Part shown: positions 44,753 through 59,233 of the stretch, one piece after another
Numbering within the stretch: position 1 is the first letter of the stretch
How the letters are laid out: the number at the start of each line of letters is the position of its first letter
Source of the DNA: Chrysomallon squamiferum
Taxonomy: Eukaryota; Animalia; Mollusca
DNA length: 64,000 nt
Direction of reading: 5' to 3'
Assembly (NCBI GenBank): GCA_012295275.1
Contig: CM022668.1
Span: 15,872,001-15,936,000, forward strand
Made by a program: the position numbers and the translations under genes
Notes under the pieces: model-generated
Databases searched by the model: none
Seen by the model: only the letters and a program-made list of their open reading frames with translations
Told to the model about the DNA's origin: nothing

Positions 44753-45661
44753 AGATTAAATCTTACAGTTCATTGCTCATCATACAAATGTCCAAGTACG
44801 CCTGTTATGTAAATAATTGTATCCAATACTGGATATAACATACTAATATGCTAACATGTTTGAAACAGAAGGAGAAGGTTGGTTAAAATAAAACAGTAAT
44901 GTAAATTATGTGTATTTTAAAAATAGTGAATAAAATATTAAAATTCATAATAATTACAACAACATAACATAAATACAGAAGCATCAAGAATAACATTAAA
45001 ATATATATATAAAAAAAAAAAAAAAATGAAATACAGGAAAACAATTATAAAAAATAACATCAATATTAATTACAACAGTGAGAATAATGACAAGAAATGA
45101 CAACAATAACGATATCAGCAGCAATAATAACAGTAATAGTAGCACCAGTAACAGTAATAACACAATAATAACAAAAATAACAACACAAATACATCAACAG
45201 AAACCACAACAACAACAACAACAACAAAAACAAAAATAATAATAACAATAACAAAAATAACAACAACAACAACAAGAAAAAAAACAATAAGAAGAAGAAG
45301 AACTTTTTTTGTTTGTTTTAAATCAAATTTTGAAACGTGTCTGTTAATCTGGTACTGACTGTACGTGAGACGGGCGATATCCCAGCCTACTGTTTGAAAG
45401 GAGAACAAATGGCTGACTAAATGTGACTTTAAATTAATCTCTGAGGTCACAATTCAGATGCATTACCCTACTTGTCACCCTTGCAGTGACCCAGGGGTCA
45501 TGTACACTTGTAAATATTGGGGGAACAATGGGCAGGCTATCCAATAACTAGGTATTGTGACAGAATGACGATACCAGCTTGTCTAGACTCAGACACATTA
45601 ACCTACACCACTACCACTAGGTGTACAGTCTACATACTGGGGGTATATGTGCACATATTGT

Positions 45662-45718
<57 letters not shown>

Positions 45719-46491
45719 GTGTGTTCACTTGTGTGTGTGTGTGTGTGTTTGATTACTAGAGATACATAAAGTTCAAAATCTTTTACGATTCATTGATATG
45801 GTTTGATTTCATGTGAAATGTCTATATTTTCATTAAACTCAAAATCAAAGGACAAATTCATTTTAAACTTTTCATTACCATCCTGTTTGACTTTTTTCAC
45901 CAAATTTCAAAATATCAGTTCCTTTTTGAATGTATTTTGTATTAATGAATTTAAAACACTACAGAAAGCTCTAATGTTTGTATTTTTTAATTAAATTTGA
46001 CATATCATTAAAGCTGTGTGGGTTTTTTTTCAACTGTTCTTCATGAAAAATCGAATTAAATGTCCACTGAAAGCCTTTCTGCCAGATTTCAAAATGGCTG
46101 ATACCAAAACATTTACTATTCATAAATAAAACAGTGTGTCTAAATTAAATTTAACATTAAAAATACATTCTGAATTTACGTATACATTTTACAGTTCATG
46201 ACAGATTTAAGAATACATTTAATATTGATGAATAAAATGTCACTGTAGACAATTCTAATTCATTAATTTTATTCAATTTAACATTTCATAAAATTCATTT
46301 TTATTCAAATACTTCTGAAAGGACATGAATACATTTGTACATCTTATTATTGTCACCAGATTCTAAAATTTCTTTATTCACTTTAAATATATTTAGTAAT
46401 AACAGCACCTTATTTAATTTAACATTTCGTAAAATTTGTTTCCTTTTAAACACTTCTACAAGACATTTGTTACATCTCATTATTCATATGA

Positions 46492-46530
<39 letters not shown>

Positions 46531-46991
46531 TTATTCTCTTAACCCACGTTTTGTATTCATGAAAATAAGACGACAGAATTACTGGAGACACTACTGGAAA
46601 AGCTAATGTTTTATTCAGAAATACTTAACTATGACTAACGTGTGTTTACACTGGGCTTACACAGAACACAAACGCAGGTTGCAAACAGGTGATGTGAAGA
46701 GAAGAAATGGGTTAAATTTCCAGATCACAAAACATAGATTGAATAACACGTCAGTGACTTACTGTGTATACATTAAAACTGAGATGTTTTTTTTTTTTAT
46801 CTGTCTCTCTGTCTGTCTGTAAGTCAGTCTGTCAATCTGTCAATCTGTCAATATGTCAATAAATCAATCAGTCATTCAATCAGTCAGTCAGTCTCTCTGT
46901 CTGTCTGTCTGTCTCTCTCTACATACTTACCTATCTACCTATTTATCTATATCTATCTATCTATATATCTGTCAGTCTCTGTCTGTCTGGA

Positions 46992-47022
<31 letters not shown>

Positions 47023-47420
47023 ATATATATATATATATCAATGAAATCTTTTATTTATTTATTTATTTGTTTATTTGTTGTTAATTTATTTATTTATTCC
47101 CAGACCTATGTATATTTTTTTTCTGTGAAAGAAGCCATTGATGTTAGTGTGACTGTATGGTGAAATAATATTTTATTAGTTAGTAAGTTAGTGTAGTGGT
47201 TTGATTTAATATGTTGTAAGTTAGTGTGGGTTTACAATCTAATATTGGTTAGTTACAATCACCTATAAGATCTGTTGTTGTTGTTGTTGCTGTTTTGACA
47301 GTGTTGTTGTTGTGGCTGCTGTTGTTTTAAAAATCAATTACTGGGTGTAAAATATTTGGGTGATAAGTTTCCATTAAAAGTCATTAAAATTCCACCACTG
47401 AATCACTAGAATGTGCTAGT

Positions 47421-47454
<34 letters not shown>

Positions 47455-47505
47455 TCAACAACATGTAATAAAATCAAATAAGAGTAGTAAAAATAATATA
47501 AAAAA

Positions 47506-47537
<32 letters not shown>

Positions 47538-47548
47538 ATTATTATTAA

Positions 47549-47582
<34 letters not shown>

Positions 47583-48119
47583 ATTATTATTATTACTATT
47601 ATTCATAAAATATTGTATTTTACTTAAAAAGAACTTACCTATATCATTCATCCTCAAACTTTAAATTTTTTAAATTTTTTTTTTTTTAACCACTGAAAAC
47701 ATTCTTATTCTTTTTCATACTTACATCAAAAGTTTAAAATGTCTGGGGTATTTTTTGCCTTGTCCATCATCTGCCATTTACACATTTGTAGCCTTAATTA
47801 AAACTGAACACATCATTACAATACTTTGTCCCACTAATCAAATTAATATCTACTAACGTTAGTCAGATTTTTTGTTGGCTTTTTATGAAAACCAAATGTC
47901 ATGTCCATAAAAATTAAAATTCTGAGTTGTTAATGACTGAAGAAGATGCACAGGTTGCCTGTGATTTCATTGTTTGAAGAACAAATCAGTTTAACTCTTT
48001 CTGTGCTGCAGGTTTAAGAAATATTGAAAATGTTTTGTTATTGCTGGACCTCAGGAATGAATTTATAAGTGTGAAATGTTTGCCGGAAAATATAATCTTT
48101 AAACAAAAAATAAAATTTG

Positions 48120-48250
<131 letters not shown>

Positions 48251-49690
48251 TCATTCATATATAAATATATACCTACAGACATACACATATACACACACAC
48301 ACACATAAACACACAAGCACACACACACGCACACAAAGTAGTTTCCACATCTTTTATTAACAAAACAGAAAACTAAGGAAAACAGACAACAGACTGTTGT
48401 AAACAGTGGATAAGTGAAAATCGTGACACTGGGTAAACCAGCAGTTCTTAAACAGCAATGTATCGATTTCTCCACGCTTTTTGAAAAACAAAGCAAGAGC
48501 TGTATGCAAATACGTTAATTCTCAAAACTAATACAGATATGAAAACCTACCATTCTTTCTTTTTTTAAATCTGTTTTTTTTTTTTTTTTTTACACTTATA
48601 AATTATGCTGACATTTTGCATTAACAACAATTACATTTTTAAAAAAAAAGTTCACCTCTTTTCTTTTTAATACTGTTTTTTTTTTTTTTTTTTTTTTTTT
48701 TTCTATTTTCTAAATTATTATTTCTAGTAAACTGATCTGAATTCTTTTCTTCTTCTTCTTCTTCTTCTGTTTATGTTTTTTTTTTCTTCTGACTTTTCAA
48801 ATGTCCTCAATAAAGGTATTTCTAATACATTTAAAGTGATGGGTGTTTTGTAATGCATGAAGTGAGGTGCAAGCATTGAAAGGGTTAAAATTAATCTGCT
48901 TTGAGTTTTTGCTGGTTTTGCATTTCACTTTAAGTGGAATTCTGGCCCACTCTTGACAAGACCAGCCCGAGAGATTGTCAAACAAGATAAACACAGGTTA
49001 GACCCTCCTATCATATACATGTTCTTCCAGCTTTGTGTAAATCCAAGTATTTATTTCATTACTTGAAAATTCAAAAAAAAAAAAAAAAAAAAAAAAACAT
49101 TTTTAAAAATTCAAAATCTATGTGTTTGCCATTGTCATGAATATTAAAAAGGATTGTAAATGTGATTTGATTTTTTTTTTTTTTTTTTTTTTTTTGTTTT
49201 TTTGAAAATTAATTTTTTTTTTTTTTTAAAGTTAACTAAAGATTTTGTTTTTATTTTCCTGTATTCTCTGTTTTGTTATATTCATTTGAGCACACACACA
49301 CACAGACACACACAGACACACAGACATCTACATAAACAAAAACTCATACACAAATAAAATTAAACGTAATATATAACTTGTATATAAATACAAAAACAAA
49401 TATAAATAAATAGAGACAATCATATACATACATAAAAATTCACACAAATACACATTCATACATATCTGTAGCTGTATCTATCTATAATCTATCTACAATC
49501 TATCTATAATCTATCTATTTATGTGTGTAGAATAACATTTAGTTCCACCATATCCTAGTAATGTATCTATATACAAGCAGTCTAATGAACCACACACACA
49601 CATTAAACTAAAGATTAAATCTACTCCTGATTAAAAATTCCAGTGAAAGTTTCATGTTAAAACGGGAATCAGAATTTTTGTATAAATAAA

Positions 49691-49726
<36 letters not shown>

Positions 49727-50924
49727 ACGAACGTGTTCATGTATCAGCATGTTTTTTGGTTTTTTTTTAGACATCGATGACTCAGTCTGTATAATCTTTT
49801 TGACAACGTTGTTATCTTGGTAGCATCCAGTGTAAATGTTATTAATGCAAAAACAGATTTTGATCGATTTCTGTACCTTTTAAGTTGGAATACAATATTA
49901 GGTACCCCCCCCCAAAAATCAACAGCTTTCTAAAATTCTGGTTTAACTGTTTTTTAATGAGTCTGTATTTAATTAGGGCTGTTTACTAACATTATCAATA
50001 TTTTTCAATGAAACTTAATTGTGATTTTATTAGCATTATAACATCATGTTTATATGTTTTAGGAGTCCTTTGTTTTATTTTATTTATTTATATTTCGTTT
50101 TTTGCATTAGTTTTATTTTTGAACATTTGAATTTGTATCATTTCAATTTTTATTATTTTTATTATTTTTTTTCTTCAGTGTTTCAGCTTTCATATGAAAA
50201 AAAATTAAAAAAAAAAAAGTTTACACAGACTGAGTCACCATGTTTAGCAAAGTACATTTTTGCACCTGTTATATAAATATTAATGACAAGTTTATAGAAA
50301 ATTATTTATAGCTCATTAAACTGCTTAAATATATTACAGAGGGAGAGGGGGAAACGGAGGGAGGGAGGGAAATAAAATTTAAAACAATCACTTTCATTTC
50401 AAAGTCTCTACATGAAAACAAACAATTAAAAAGTGGTTTAACCATTTATTGAAATTAAAATTACTTGACATAACCAAACACCAACTAAAAGCATGTAACA
50501 GTTATTTCATGTGATTTTTTTTCCCAATTAAACTAAATATTTCACTTTATTTGAAACCAATAAAAATGTATTCTAAATGCCAATTTTCTCCTCTTAAAAC
50601 AAACAAAAGTTATTTTCACAAATAATTTTACAAATAATTAACAATATTTAGTAACAACAACAAAACAATGACAATAATTATAATGACTTTTCCCCCATCG
50701 TTTTTCCATTCCACATCAAATAATAAAAGTAATAATAATAACAAAACATCAGACAATTAACAAACATCTGAATATGCTTCAGGAAACATTGAGTTACCTG
50801 TGTTTACTTATGTCTGAATATTGTTTACAAACTAATGATCAAATCGTACCATTAACCTCTTCAGTATGTTTTATAAACAGTAAATTAATCACAAACTTGA
50901 CTATACCTGTAACTACTGTAATCT

Positions 50925-51115
50925 CTAAAACAGCTTTGACTCCCTGTAATATAGTGACTGCTGTATAAATTACAGATTTCCATAAACTATAGCAACCCCT
51001 GCATAAGTAACAATTTTGATTTCCTTTATTCTATGTCTTTTGTAAAATACCAATTTTGACTTCCCATATACTATAATGTCTTTTGTAAAATAACAATTTT
51101 GACTTTCCCTAAACA
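50925..51115. repeat. Degenerate ~41-bp tandem repeat
   Basis: Recurring caattttgacttccc...tgtcttttgtaaaata. Confidence 0.6.
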
Positions 51116-51791
51116 TATGATCACTATATCAGTAATAAAATTTAATTTGCCCTAGTTATGACCCACTATATGAATCACTTTTCTGATTTCCCATACTACA
51201 GCCAAGTAGTTAGACTATGTTAAGTTAATAGATAATCTCTATTATTTTTAGATTGTATTTTCATCAGTCCAGTACTGTAACACATTTAAGTATCATCTAT
51301 TCCTACAACAATTCAAATTTTGAATGTTAAATGACAATATTTGATAGTGAAGAGGTTAGTGTATTAATTTCAATCAATTATTTCCTTACCTAACAATATC
51401 AGAGATATTTAATTATTGTACATAACAAGAAAATACATATCCAACATGACAATTTCAATTATTAAATCTAAAATAAAATAAAATTAGTAGACTATTTTAT
51501 ACATTTTAGCTGATTCCTCAAAACCGTAAAAAAAAAAAGATATATATTTTATTTAAGAAACAATATTTCATAATCAATTTGACAAATTAAATTTTTATTC
51601 TCACTGCACTGGTAACTTTGGAGGAGTCAATTTCTGGCATATCCAACAAGAACATATTATGTCACAACCTGGGTTTCAGTATATTTTTAATACACAACAA
51701 GCAGCAATCTGAAGATCATTAATGTTAGAAAGTTTGTGGTGAAGTTTTCCAAATGAACAGAAGATTGTATTTTAAACAGAATTAACACTGC

Positions 51792-51828
<37 letters not shown>

Positions 51829-52313
51829 AATAATAATAGTAACAATAATAATTTTTTAAAGAAAAAATAAATGTTAAATATCAACAATTTAATAAATCTG
51901 TATTTCAGAAAAACTGAATTTCCTTTACAAAACAAAATTTATAAAAATAAAAGACAAAAAAAAAAAACACACACAAAAACCCCATCACCCCCAAAAAACA
52001 ACCCTGTTGTTCATGTCACGAAAAAAACACGTAGTTTAACCTGCCTGCGTAAACGTGCTATGTAAACATGCTAAGTAAACAAGTATGACTATGCAGAAAT
52101 AATCTTGAAGTGTAAAGAGCAAAGCACTAAAATCGTGTTAACAAACTCTCTAGACATCAAGATAAACCAGTTTTTGATAATACTGTCTTATACATAGGTT
52201 GAATGCAAATACTGTGCTTACATTTAGGTTTGTCATTTTGATAACATCATTTGTGATAACCGAGTTATAATATAACAACAGCAGTTGTAATAGTAGTTTT
52301 AGTAGTAACATCA

Positions 52314-52348
<35 letters not shown>

Positions 52349-52419
52349 ACAGTAGTAAAAGTAGTAATAATAATAGTAATAATAATAATATAGCAGTAAT
52401 GATTATGATAAAAATTTTG

Positions 52420-52459
<40 letters not shown>

Positions 52460-53516
52460 ATAATATACATTAATATACTTGGTGGAATACCTGTTTAACA
52501 ATTACAGTTTGTAAAAGTTTGTAAAATCTTAGGTTTATAGTCACAACAGATCTTCTGAAGCCAAAAAGGTATTAACAGAAATTAAATGTTTTAATTATTA
52601 GAAATAAAATCTAATAATACATATAAAATGTAATAATCATGGCACTAGTAGTAGTAGTAACAGTAGCTGTAGTAGTGGTATTAATGTAGCAGTAGTATAG
52701 TTGTAGTAGTTATAATACTTGTTGTAGTAGTAATAATAGTGGTATTTGTAGTACTGGCATAAATAGTAGTATTAGTATTAGTGTTAGTAGTAGTGATAGT
52801 AGTATTAGTAGTAATGACAGAATAATGATGATGATGATAGTAATTACTGAAATGCTTGTGTCAGGAAATGTTTCAGGTAATGGTATTTTTTTTTTAAATT
52901 TGTAGGATAAGGAAATAGTCTTAAAATATGATGAAAATGTAAATATGAAATACAGTGGCATTTTGTACATAGCTTTTACAGATAGTCTACAGGTATTTTA
53001 GGTAATATGTTTAATAAAAAGAGCACAAAACTGCAATATAATCATAATAGCAGCTGCTCTAAAAAAAAATCTGGATTTCAGGCTTTTTGGATTTCTGAAT
53101 TGTCAGATTTTAAACATTTAAAAAAAAGAAGTAATTAAACATAGTTTTTATATCAACTATTTTTAAAAGAAAAGTCTTTTGAGCACTTTTTCTATGAGTA
53201 GAAAGATCTCAATCAGTTTTGATCCTACAATCTTCTGCTGCTTGTCAAAGTAGCATTTTATGACAAATCATGTTACTCATATGAATTATATATAGAGAGA
53301 GAGAGAGAGCACTTTATTGAAAATACTGTAAATAAAGCAGTTGTTACATAGGCCTGCAGCCAAAAAAAAAAAAACAGAAAAAAAAGAAGAAAGAAAGCAC
53401 ATTTCTGCTGATGAAACACAAATTACAAAATAACATTAAATAAATAAGTAAATATATAAAATTAAATAAAAATGGTTACTTAATAACACAATGGATCCAA
53501 AATTCTAAAAAAGGGG

Positions 53517-53648
53517 ATTGTCAAACCCTTGTAAAAATTTCAAAATGAAAAGAAATACAAATCTGATGTAAGAGAAGAGGGTTGTCACAACCTTGTAAAA
53601 ATGTCAAGATGAAAAGAAATACAAATCTGATGTACAAACAGAGAAGGG
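53517..53648. repeat. Tandem duplication of a ~64-bp unit (2 copies)
   Basis: ttgtca..accttgtaaaaat.tcaa.atgaaaagaaatacaaatctgatgta occurs twice. Confidence 0.85.
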
Positions 53649-53738
53649 TATGTATGTTAAAGTTGACAAAACACCCCTGATAATTTTATATAATATTTAA
53701 GATGATATTTTATATTTGTTACTTGATAAGAAGTCAAT

Positions 53739-53813
<75 letters not shown>

Positions 53814-55693
53814 ATCTCTTTCATATACACGCCTTTTTAATACATTAATATATATTTTTCAAGATGAACATAAATGTGTGTGTGTGTGTGTGTGTGGAGA
53901 GAGATGCACATAAATTGTGTGTGTATTATGCATATGTCATAAACACAAGGTTGGATATGAGGAAAATGTTGGTAATCCAGCAACAGGTCAAACTGTCAAC
54001 ATGTGTACTTAATCCATTATTCCATTCAATTTGTTTATTACCAAGGTCCTTGCACTTCTGTCATGTGAATGTGAGTAAAACTTTGGTATGTAGGCCACCG
54101 AAATAAGAGAATGCATACATAGCAAGTGAATGTGTATAATCTGAAAAGGAGAGAGTATGAAATGTTTCTTCTTTTCTTGTCAAAGTGCCTGCATGTGAAT
54201 GTAAAATTATAATAATAATAATAATAACAACTTAAGAACAGTATTGATCGACTCGTTAACACATATACTCTCTCACTTCACACAAGCATGCATGTCAGTA
54301 TATTCATTTTCAATCATTCACACACACACAAACACATTTTACCCATGCACATCTGCTTTCACACACTCAGCCTGTTTTTTCTTGCCATGTCTTTCTTTCT
54401 CCCTCCTTCCTCACATCATTCTTCCATTTCCACACTCTCTCATTCTCTAACTTTTGTTTTTCCCACACACACACACCTACACCCCCAACTCCGTAACTAC
54501 AAACACCCCTACTAAACAATTCTGGATCCACACGTGAAATAAATAACAAAGCAGTGCTGAACTATGAAATGAAACAGTGAAACCAAACCAAGTGGTTTAT
54601 CTTTCACCTTGATACAAGGTCGCGGCAGGGTCAGAACAGTAACAAAAACATGATACCCAATCTCCGTCATTATCTAATACAAGCAAAGAAAACAACTGTG
54701 TAAAAAGAAGAAAAAAAAACAGATCTGTTTTCATGAAGCAAACAGAATAAACAGACTGAATTCCATGACAATTTACAGTAAAAAAATAAAAAAAATAAAA
54801 TAAAAACTTGTTTCCATGACAACCTAAGGTAAAAAAAAAATAATAATAATAATAAACAAACATATTTCCATGACAACCTAAAGTGAAAAAAATAAATAGA
54901 ACTGTTTCCATGATGGACAAAATTAGATTGTTTTTATGAAATATTCTGACATAACATTTGATTTAACTGCAAGTTAATTAGCAGAATTCTAAAAGGCACA
55001 CTGATAAATAAATTAATGTGTATACATGTATGTATGACCAATAGCAAATGAATAGATTAGCTGTGCATACACTTTTTTTTTTATTACAAATGAAAAAATA
55101 TATATATATATTCATTAAAACATTTAACTGTTAACATTAGTAAGTTCAGAAAGCTTACAAACTTGTTAAAAAAAAAAAATTATAAAAATTACAAATGTTA
55201 TATATTTGTATTACATGCAAACATTATGTAATACAGAGATACAGCAAGAGAGAGAGAGAGCCTATAATCTGTAAAAATAAAGGTATGAATATTTTCAAAA
55301 CCTTAAAAAGCTTTATTAGCCCCCCATGCACACAAAGGCAAATCTTATTTGAAATGATAAAATCTGTTACATTAATGTAACACTCCCACTTACAGAAAAT
55401 TCTAACTCCACGTACATATGTACAGAACCCCTGACCAATCCTATGAAGATAATCTCAAAAAGACTTTGATTCCAGGAATATAAATTAGCTAGAGATATAA
55501 AAAAATGATAAGTAATACAAAATTTGAATGACTATATACACACACTCAGAAAAAACACACACAGATAGAGAGAGACAAAGTTGAAAATATTTAGTTATAA
55601 TTTTTACTATGATTAGCAGGTATGGATTAGAGCACCTTTCTTCATACTAGAAATAGACTTAATAAGTAAAAGGTATAGCAAATAATAATAATC

Positions 55694-55736
<43 letters not shown>

Positions 55737-56083
55737 CTAATATAAAATCTTTTGGCACAAACAATAAAAATAAAAAACAATAGCACTATAATGTTGTAAA
55801 TACTATGCACAAGATTAAAAAATAATGCTCATATCAATAATAATAATACAGATGTCCAATAATGAAACAAATTCTCATACCACTATTTTAATTTTATAAT
55901 TTCCAGATCTAATGATGTCATCAAAAATTAATCTATAAAATAAATTCTTAATGATGTCATATATTCATCTTTCTTTTTTTTTAGTTAATGTTAATAGCAG
56001 AAATGAAACAGATATACATCAACAACAATAACACACATCACATTATTAATACATAAAAACATAACAAATATATAAAAATAGTG

Positions 56084-56114
<31 letters not shown>

Positions 56115-57816
56115 AATAGAACAAACTAGAATTCATCTAACAATATATATTAGATTAATCAAACCCTGTTTAACATTTGAGATCTAAACAACAAAGTTAA
56201 GCTATTCATAACTCCGAGATATGTCTGTTTACCTTTAATATTAATTTCTGATATAAAAGTGAAAAAATAACAACAGTTCTGTCAAAGGTTTCTTGGGACA
56301 AATATTAAATGTCTAATAGTTGCAAGATATAAACAAACTTCACATTAAATGTGATACGACATTTCTGCTGATATTTTCATAAGCTGTGTATCAAAGTGCG
56401 TAAGAAAAACAAGTTAATTTTATATAATTTGATTACAAAAAAATAATAAAAAATAAACAGTAATAAAAAGGTAATAAAAAAGCCATCATCATAATTCAAT
56501 AAGCTATGCATCAAAAAAATAATTTAAAAATTGATTACTTTAAATTCTATTACATATTCTCATAAACATGTATTAACTAACATACATGAAAAACATACAC
56601 AAATATACACACAAAACAATTAATATCAGAACATGTGTTACATATGTACGTAAACATATAAAATAAAAAATTGATACCTTTAAAGTTTTAAAAATTAAAT
56701 TTAGTATCCTTACAAGTCACAACACAAAAGAAAACTTGTACTGAAATACATTATTTAAATATGTAAATTCCCAACAACATTTATCAATGTTGCACATCTC
56801 AAAATAAGCATATAAATAATATCCAATGTCATTCTTACATTATATAAACTGATTTAATCAGTTAATTGTTTGTTTTTCATGGTCTTTAATTGTAAGGATG
56901 CTAAAATTTCAAATCTATAAATTTTTAAATTCATTTTTTCTGTGCTTGTAAGTATTCTGTAAAGGATGAAACAGGGAAATGGTTCTGAAGAAGAATGAAG
57001 TATACTTATAGTGAGAAATAAGTTGAGATAATCACAGAACAAACTTATGTTAATAAATTAACTGTTGTTGTCATTACCTCTTTGTGTTAGCAGCTATTAT
57101 GTAACACAAACTGACTTTTTAATGAACAGAATACACTTAACAGATATTAAACAGAAATGATTTAAAACACTTGTTGGTCATAAATAAATGTAATTTTAAA
57201 AAAGAACATGATAGTGATGAAATTTTTGTGCTTAGAAAAATCCTGAAAAGAACTTATTTTTGTTTCACTGATTGAAAATATAATCTTTTGGTCACAATGT
57301 GTTTAAAAAGAAATGTTCTATACAGCTTTTAGAAAAACAAACATCATGGATTTAAATCCTTAAATAAATTCTTCTACATAATTTTCATCTGAACCAATAA
57401 AAAAAAAAAACTAGACAGAGCCACAGATGTACCTAAGTACACACACAAAACATCACAACAAGCTGTGGCCTGTTATAAAAGCTTCACAAGAAAACAAAAA
57501 AATCAAAAAAAAAAAATATTTTGACATATGGAAATATTTGTACTTAAAAGTTAAATTATTGTGAAAAAAAAAAAAAATATATATATATTAATGATAAGTA
57601 AAATGAATATATTAGAATCCAGTCTGTGTTTACAACAACCGAAGCTATGTAAGTGATGAAATGAAAAAACCCATATATTAACAAGGCTCTACTGTATTGA
57701 TAGAAGTGTTCATCTGTTTGAGATAAATGTACAATTGCTACAATAAGAACTATAAGTCAACACACTACCCTCTGTAAATCTGAAAGAAGTCGACATCTTA
57801 GCAGTTTTCTTCTACG

Positions 57817-58659
57817 TCACGGAGATTCTCCTCTAGCCAGTCTCTTGTTGATATCGGCAACCACGTCTGGCAGGTTGCCGATGCTGTCGACAACGTAGTG
57901 TGCACCTGCATTCTGCAGCAGCGTCTTTGTGTAGGCCAATCGTTTAGCGATTTCTTCTTCACTGAGCTTCGCTTCCTCTTCGAAACTGTCGATGTTCATG
58001 TAGTTGCTGTATCTAGCGACTCCGACACCCCAGCACCCAGCTTCCAGAGCCTCTCCCACCCCAGAAGTGGTGTCATCGACCTTCACCACCGACTGTATGG
58101 GGTGAACGTCCAGCAAGTCTAAATTCTTGTACAACATGAATGGTTTAGGCCTTGCTCCGTTAATGACATCGTCGCCAGCAACCTGGACGTCTGGAGAGAA
58201 GCCTTGTTTTGCAGCTTCCGTTGCCAGGACGTCAGCCATGCACCGCAGAAAGCCCGTAGTCATTCCAATTTTGCAACCAAACTCTTTGCGAAGAATGTTG
58301 ATTGCTTCGGGAGTTTCAGGGATTAGTTTGGAGTAGTTTCTTATTACATTCAGCTGCATGGGAACGAAATCTTTAAACATTTTGTCAACGTCTTCCTGCG
58401 TGGGGTCTCTGCTGTACACTTCTCGCCAGCGAGATTTTATTTCACTAGTTTCTGTAAGAGCTTTTATGTGAAGATCTTTTCGCAACCCCATCGGGCCTCG
58501 TGCTTCGTGCATCGTGATGGGGACCTTATACTTCTTGAAGACTTCTACGAAAACAATGGCAGGCGCAATAACATATTTGTCAGCCGTTGTTCCACTCCAG
58601 TCCAATATGCAGGCCTTGACTTTTCCCACATATGACCTTGCAAATCGGTACTGACTCAT
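57817..58659 (-). CDS. phnX: Phosphonoacetaldehyde hydrolase (phosphonatase), HAD superfamily, 280 aa, single coding exon
   Basis: Open frame MSQYRFARSY...RLARGESP*. HAD motif I is ILDWSGTTAD (D20). The cap motif EARGPMGLRKDLH puts the Schiff-base Lys (K61) 41 residues after the nucleophile, as in Bacillus cereus D12/K53. Motif II is IGMTTGF, motif III is ARPKPFM (Arg, typical of phosphonatases), motif IV is KVDDTTSG, and the C-terminus is AGAHYVVDSI...RLARGESP. The true start is taken as ATG 58659-58657 because the track's TTG start at 58677 lies inside the polypyrimidine tract of the splice acceptor. Confidence 0.96.
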   Translation of the reverse strand: MSQYRFARSYVGKVKACILDWSGTTADKYVIAPAIVFVEVFKKYKVPITMHEARGPMGLRKDLHIKALTETSEIKSRWREVYSRDPTQEDVDKMFKDFVPMQLNVIRNYSKLIPETPEAINILRKEFGCKIGMTTGFLRCMADVLATEAAKQGFSPDVQVAGDDVINGARPKPFMLYKNLDLLDVHPIQSVVKVDDTTSGVGEALEAGCWGVGVARYSNYMNIDSFEEEAKLSEEEIAKRLAYTKTLLQNAGAHYVVDSIGNLPDVVADINKRLARGESP

Positions 58660-58666
58660 AGTTAAC

Positions 58667-58751
58667 CTAGGAAACAAAAATAAAGATTATTTCATGTGTA
58701 TTTTGATGTTAGATGATTGATTCATTTTCAAATTTGTACAACTAAGAGAGC

Positions 58752-58837
<86 letters not shown>

Positions 58838-59233
58838 TTTTCTAACCTGTAAACTACACTTTTGTCATTATGAACGTAATTAAAATTTATATATAAATCT
58901 TATCTTTAACATTTTATTAATTTCATGACGAAAAAAATTAACAATTCATAATGGGGTAAAAATGGACAGTTAGTGTCAATTCTCTTTCAGCTTTACAATA
59001 CCCATTTCAGTTAGAGTATTGCAGATGCACTTCTTATTTGCTTTGAAAGTTTGATACAACACCAGTGTGACGAGTGTCAATATAAAAACATCGCTTTAAT
59101 GAATGCTTAATATTTGAAGAACTTTTCAAAAACGAAAATAAATCGCAGGTACAACCTATTATGTTTTGGAATGAAGAATATAAGAGATGATAAAACAAGC
59201 TATTTATCTTAAAATGATGATAAAAAAACTAAC
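58667..59233 (-). other. Probable 5'-UTR intron of phnX (567 bp, contains a (CT)n tract)
   Basis: Acceptor tttttgtttcctAG|GTTAACTATG (AG at 58668-58667) is strong. The best nearby donor is CAG|GTTAGT (GT at 59233-59232); an alternative is GAG|GTAGAG near 59254. The donor choice is uncertain. Confidence 0.55.
58754..58832. repeat. (GA)n microsatellite inside the phnX 5' intron
   Basis: Directly visible. Confidence 0.95.

Noticed and set aside
57898-58336. Plus-strand ORFs of 74 and 69 aa
   Set aside because: They are antisense shadows of the phnX CDS.
58660-58677. N-terminal extension MFPRLT from a TTG start
   Set aside because: It overlaps the polypyrimidine tract and AG of the splice acceptor, and a TTG start is not expected in an animal gene.
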